Positions 60,362 to 64,000 of a stretch of 64,000 nucleotides of DNA are shown here, one piece after another. Position numbers and translations under genes: made by a program. This DNA comes from Gemmatimonadales bacterium. GTDB lineage: Bacteria; Gemmatimonadota; Gemmatimonadetes; Gemmatimonadales; GWC2-71-9. Under the pieces are notes generated by a model. It made no database searches and was not told the origin of the DNA. It was given only the letters and a program-made list of their open reading frames with translations. Where the stretch lies: positions 64,001-128,000 of the forward strand of contig JBFJCP010000001.1 in the NCBI GenBank assembly GCA_041615815.1, in the 5' to 3' direction. Numbering within the stretch: the first letter of the stretch is position 1; each line of letters opens with the position of its first letter.

Positions 60362-60729
60362 GGCGTCCTCAGCAGCCCCCACGCCACACAGACCCAGCCC
60401 GCGAGAAAGCAGACGCCACCGAGCGGCGTCACGGCCCCCCACCATCGAGCCCCGGTGAGTGCAAGCAGGTACAGGCTCCCGGAGAAGAGCAGCGTGCCGA
60501 TCACGAAGAGCCACGCCCCACCCAAGAGCCAAGCGGACGTCCAGCGGCTCAGTGTCCACGCTACGAAAAGCAGCGCCAATGCGTGATACATCTGGTACCG
60601 AGCGCCGGTCTCGAACACCGCCAAGAGGTCTGGGGTCAAACGGGCTCGGAGGGCGTGCGCGCCAAAGGCGCCGCCGAGCACCGCGAGGAACGCCGAGATG
60701 GCTCCCAGGGCACCCACGACCCGCTCCAC
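60358..60729 (-). CDS. DUF423 (YgdD/TMEM256) membrane protein
   Basis: GAFGAHAL, YQMYHAL, LFSGSLY, TPLGG. Confidence 0.92.
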   Translation of the reverse strand: MERVVGALGAISAFLAVLGGAFGAHALRARLTPDLLAVFETGARYQMYHALALLFVAWTLSRWTSAWLLGGAWLFVIGTLLFSGSLYLLALTGARWWGAVTPLGGVCFLAGWVCVAWGLLRTP

Positions 60730-60731
60730 GC

Positions 60732-60950
60732 TCAGGACTCCTGATCCGTAGTCGCTTCCGCGAGGATTCGACGTGCCTCGACGGCGTCACTGGCACGCAC
60801 GAGGATACTGGTGCCCGGCGAAAGAGGACCGTGCTGCATTCCCTCGGCGGACTGGATGACAAAGGGAATGCCGTTGGCCTTGAGCACCGTGGAAGCGAGC
60901 TCGGCCTCCAGACGCGTGCGGAAGTTCGCGACGACCTCAGGTGTCTTCAT
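60732..60950 (-). CDS. DUF2007-like small protein
   Basis: EAELASTVLKANGI...ILVRASDAVEARRIL pattern; start overlaps the transporter stop. Confidence 0.75.
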   Translation of the reverse strand: MKTPEVVANFRTRLEAELASTVLKANGIPFVIQSAEGMQHGPLSPGTSILVRASDAVEARRILAEATTDQES

Positions 60951-62380
60951 GGAGTCACGGGATTCTTGAGCCAAACGATCAAGGTAATTATAGCCACCGC
61001 GAGCACGTTGAGACCGATCCCCGCTCGCGCCATGTCCCGAGTGGAAACTGCACCGGATCCAAAGACGATGGCGTTGGGAGGTGTCGCGACCGGTAGCATG
61101 AACGCCATGGACGCCGCGAGCGCGCCGGTGATCATGAGCGGAAGCGCGGGAACTCCGAGACCCGCGGCGACCCCCACCATGAGGGGCATTCCCAGGGCTG
61201 CGGTCGCGGTGTTGCTCGTGAGCTCCGTGAGCAGGACGAAGAGCGTCGCCGTGGCCAACAGCACCACCGGTAACGGCGCCCCTGCCAAACCCTGGAGCAG
61301 CCCGCCAACCCACTCCGTGAGCCCGGTGCGCTCGAACGCACTGGCCAGGGAAAGGCCGCCGCCAAAGAGCAAGAGAATCCCCCACGGAACTTTGCGGGCG
61401 GACTCCCAATCCAGTGCCACGGCGAATCGCGACCGCGGCAGTGGAGTCACGAACAAGATGACGGCGGCCGCCAGGGCAATTCCCGCGTCGGAAATGCCCG
61501 GAATGAGATCGGTGAGTCCGGGAATCCGGATGGCGCCAAGGCTCTTCGGTGCGCGTACTATCCAGGCAGTCGCCGTCAGCGCAAAGACCGTGAGGACGAA
61601 TCGCTCACCACCGGAGAAACCCCCGAGATCCCGCCCTTCCCGATCGACGGCCTCTGCGAGACCCGGCAACGCGCCGCGTACACGAAACATGAGGACGAGC
61701 AAGAGCCAACAGGCAAACAGCATGGGAATCGTGATCAGGAGTCCCGTCCCGATCCAGCTTCCAAAGGAAATCTCGACACCCAACAGCTCGCGGGCGGCGC
61801 CCGCCAGAATCGCGTTGGGCGGGGTACCGATGAGGGTGGCCACGCCTCCGATGGAGCACGCGTAGGCAATTCCCAACATCAATGCGGTAGGAAACCCGGT
61901 AGCCGCTCTTCCACCGGTTCCGCGCGTGCCCACCACCGCCGCCGCAATGGGAAGCATCATGAGCGCCGTCGCGGTATTCGAGATCCACATGCTGGCTGCC
62001 GCAGAGGCGAGCATGAAGGCCAACACGACCCGCGGGGCATCCGTGCCCACGGCCCGGACGGTGGCGAGCGCGAAACGCCGGTGCAGCTCCCACCGCTCGA
62101 GCGTTGCCGCCAGAAAGAACCCACCGAGGAATAGGAAGATGATGGGGTCCGCGTAGGGAGCGGCCACTTCCCCCACCGACCCGGCACGAACCAACGGGAG
62201 CAGCACGATGGGAAGGAGCGCCGTGGCTTCCAGGGGAACCACCGCGGAGAGCCACCACACCGCCATCCACGCGGCGAGGCCCGCCACGCGCCACCCAGTA
62301 GCCGCGAGGAGCGGCGGGGGTGGGGTGACCAGGCCAACGAGAAAGAGCAGGGGCCCCAGCAGGAGCGCAACGCGTCGCAT
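60947..62380 (-). CDS. SLC13/DASS sodium:dicarboxylate/anion symporter
   Basis: SMWISNTAT, IGTPPN, TELTSNTAT, FMLPVATPPNA. Confidence 0.93.
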   Translation of the reverse strand: MRRVALLLGPLLFLVGLVTPPPPLLAATGWRVAGLAAWMAVWWLSAVVPLEATALLPIVLLPLVRAGSVGEVAAPYADPIIFLFLGGFFLAATLERWELHRRFALATVRAVGTDAPRVVLAFMLASAAASMWISNTATALMMLPIAAAVVGTRGTGGRAATGFPTALMLGIAYACSIGGVATLIGTPPNAILAGAARELLGVEISFGSWIGTGLLITIPMLFACWLLLVLMFRVRGALPGLAEAVDREGRDLGGFSGGERFVLTVFALTATAWIVRAPKSLGAIRIPGLTDLIPGISDAGIALAAAVILFVTPLPRSRFAVALDWESARKVPWGILLLFGGGLSLASAFERTGLTEWVGGLLQGLAGAPLPVVLLATATLFVLLTELTSNTATAALGMPLMVGVAAGLGVPALPLMITGALAASMAFMLPVATPPNAIVFGSGAVSTRDMARAGIGLNVLAVAIITLIVWLKNPVTP

Positions 62381-63246
62381 TATCGAGAGGGGAAAATCGC
62401 GAGGGGCGTGGAACGAGTAACCTGCGTCTTCAGGTCCTCCTCCAAGGGGAGACCGAGAAACTGGTCGAGGTTCTCACGCAGGTCGCGCACCCCGGGACTT
62501 GGCCAATCTGTTCCCCAGACCACGCGATCGCCGATCTCCGCCAGCCGTGGGAAGTACTCCAGCAGTTTCTTGGGCGGAATGCCCGACAGTTCCAAGTACA
62601 CGTTGCGATGCCGACGCATGATGAAGAATGCTTCGTTCATCCACAGTGGGCGCCCGCCGTGCGCCATGAGGATCACCAAATCAGGAAAGTCGATGGCTAC
62701 GTCGTCGATCTCCATCGGACGGCCATACTTCGACCGCGCGCCGGGGAAGATGCTGGTCCCGGTGTGGATCATGACCGGCAGGCCGCGCTCCTCACAACGC
62801 CGGTAAATGCGGCCGAGGGCCTCGAGCCCCAGCGTGTAGGCGTTGGCCGGGAAGACTTGGTGGGGCGGGTGGATCTTGAGACAGCGGATGCCGAGCTGCA
62901 GGAGCTCTTCCACCTGGCCCTCCGGGTCCTGCGTGAACCGCGGATGCACACCACCGTAGGGCAGAAGTCGCTCCGGCGCTGCGGCCGCGTACTCCGCGGC
63001 GAAGGTGTTGGTGGAATCGTCGAACCCCATCAGGTCCGGACTCGGATAGTTGACCAGCCCGACCCGCCAGACCTCGCTGTCGTCCAGCACTTCGAGGAGA
63101 GCCGCAGGGTCGTCCATCAGCGCGAGGAGGCGCTCCCAATGCGCCTCTTTCCCGCGCCGCATCACCGTGGCTACGTGGGGCTTGAGTTGCCGCCACGGCT
63201 GGATGTGAATGTGGAGATCGCTGACCCCAGGGGTACCAGCGGTCAT
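62380..63246 (-). CDS. Amidohydrolase_2-family protein
   Basis: DLHIH, LKIHP, IHTG, MAHGG, WGTDWP. Confidence 0.9.
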   Translation of the reverse strand: MTAGTPGVSDLHIHIQPWRQLKPHVATVMRRGKEAHWERLLALMDDPAALLEVLDDSEVWRVGLVNYPSPDLMGFDDSTNTFAAEYAAAAPERLLPYGGVHPRFTQDPEGQVEELLQLGIRCLKIHPPHQVFPANAYTLGLEALGRIYRRCEERGLPVMIHTGTSIFPGARSKYGRPMEIDDVAIDFPDLVILMAHGGRPLWMNEAFFIMRRHRNVYLELSGIPPKKLLEYFPRLAEIGDRVVWGTDWPSPGVRDLRENLDQFLGLPLEEDLKTQVTRSTPLAIFPSR

Positions 63247-64000
63247 TGGCCGGTAAACGTGGCCTTGCGTTTCTCGAGGAAGGCGCTCACGCCCTCCTTT
63301 TTGTCTTCGGAGGAAAAGGCAAGACCAAACAGCGTGGTCTCGAGACGCAGGCCCTCGTCGAGCGGCTGCCGCACGCTGGCGCGCACCGCCTCTTTGATCA
63401 GCTGGAGCGCTACCGGGCTTTTCTCGGCAATGGCGGCGGCGAGCGCCCGGGATCGTTCTCTCAGCTTGTCCGCGGGGTGGACTTCATCGACCAAGCCGAG
63501 ACGCCATGCCTCCGATGCCGGGATCATGTCGCCGGTGTAGAGGAGCTTGTAGGCGGCGCCGAGCCCGACCAGGCGGGGGAGACGCTGCGTTCCCCCAGCT
63601 CCCGGTAGGATACCCAGGTTGATCTCCGGTTGACCGAGCTTGGCGTTCTCCGATGCCACACGGATGTCGCACGCCATCGCCAGTTCGCACCCACCACCCA
63701 AACAGAACCCATTGATGGCAGCGATGATCGGTTTGGGAAACGCGTCGGCCGCCTCAACCATGCCGAAGCCTTTCATGATACGGAACTGCTCCATCGGCGT
63801 GCGGCCCTCGAACTCGCCGATATCCGCTCCCGCAATGAACGCCTTTGGGCCGGCCCCGGTCACGATGACCACCCGGACATCGCTGTTGGCCTCGAGGTCC
63901 TGCAGGGCGCTGACGAACGCCCGCCGGACCTCGGTGTTCAATGCGTTTAGCTTGTCGGGACGATTGATAGTGAGGGTAGCAACGTGACCGTCGATCTCGG
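63243..64000 (-). CDS. Enoyl-CoA hydratase (crotonase family; 5' end beyond window)
   Basis: TLTINRPDKLNALN, AFIAGADI, LGGGCELAMACD, GQPEINLGILPGAGGTQRL; reading frame is open to the window edge. Confidence 0.93.
   Translation of the reverse strand, partial: EIDGHVATLTINRPDKLNALNTEVRRAFVSALQDLEANSDVRVVIVTGAGPKAFIAGADIGEFEGRTPMEQFRIMKGFGMVEAADAFPKPIIAAINGFCLGGGCELAMACDIRVASENAKLGQPEINLGILPGAGGTQRLPRLVGLGAAYKLLYTGDMIPASEAWRLGLVDEVHPADKLRERSRALAAAIAEKSPVALQLIKEAVRASVRQPLDEGLRLETTLFGLAFSSEDKKEGVSAFLEKRKATFTGQ

Overview
High-GC bacterial chromosomal segment. Gene content and order suggest Gemmatimonadota (inference only). It is mostly housekeeping: purB, an HtrA protease, transaldolase, truA, a trpD-(lexA)-trpC-trpB-trpA cluster interrupted by signalling genes, folB/folK, rlmN, aspS, phoH-HD hydrolase-ybeY-two CBS proteins-mgtE, a B12-dependent acyl-CoA mutase/carboxylase/AtuA cluster, recQ, nfeD-floA, an Rne/Rng nuclease, rplU-rpmA, and a minus-strand operon ending in a D-amino acid aminotransferase. 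I found no rRNA, tRNA, CRISPR array or mobile element. The strongest finding is a candidate membrane-spanning (brGDGT-type) lipid locus at about 42.0-50.1 kb: a tetraether-synthase (Tes)-like radical SAM gene, two cobalamin-dependent radical SAM genes, an acyltransferase and a degenerate acyl-CoA ligase. Other highlights are a candidate sigma54/IHF-driven four-way-junction small RNA (about 51.25-51.37 kb), a vasohibin-like cysteine peptidase, a TPP II-like lipoprotein subtilase, a mutase with isobutyryl-CoA mutase residues and an aeRF1-like gene between its subunits, a HEAT/HD-GYP pair sharing an N-terminal domain, a direct-repeat LexA box, and recurrent leaderless promoters. All family calls come from motifs recognised by eye; no database searches were run.
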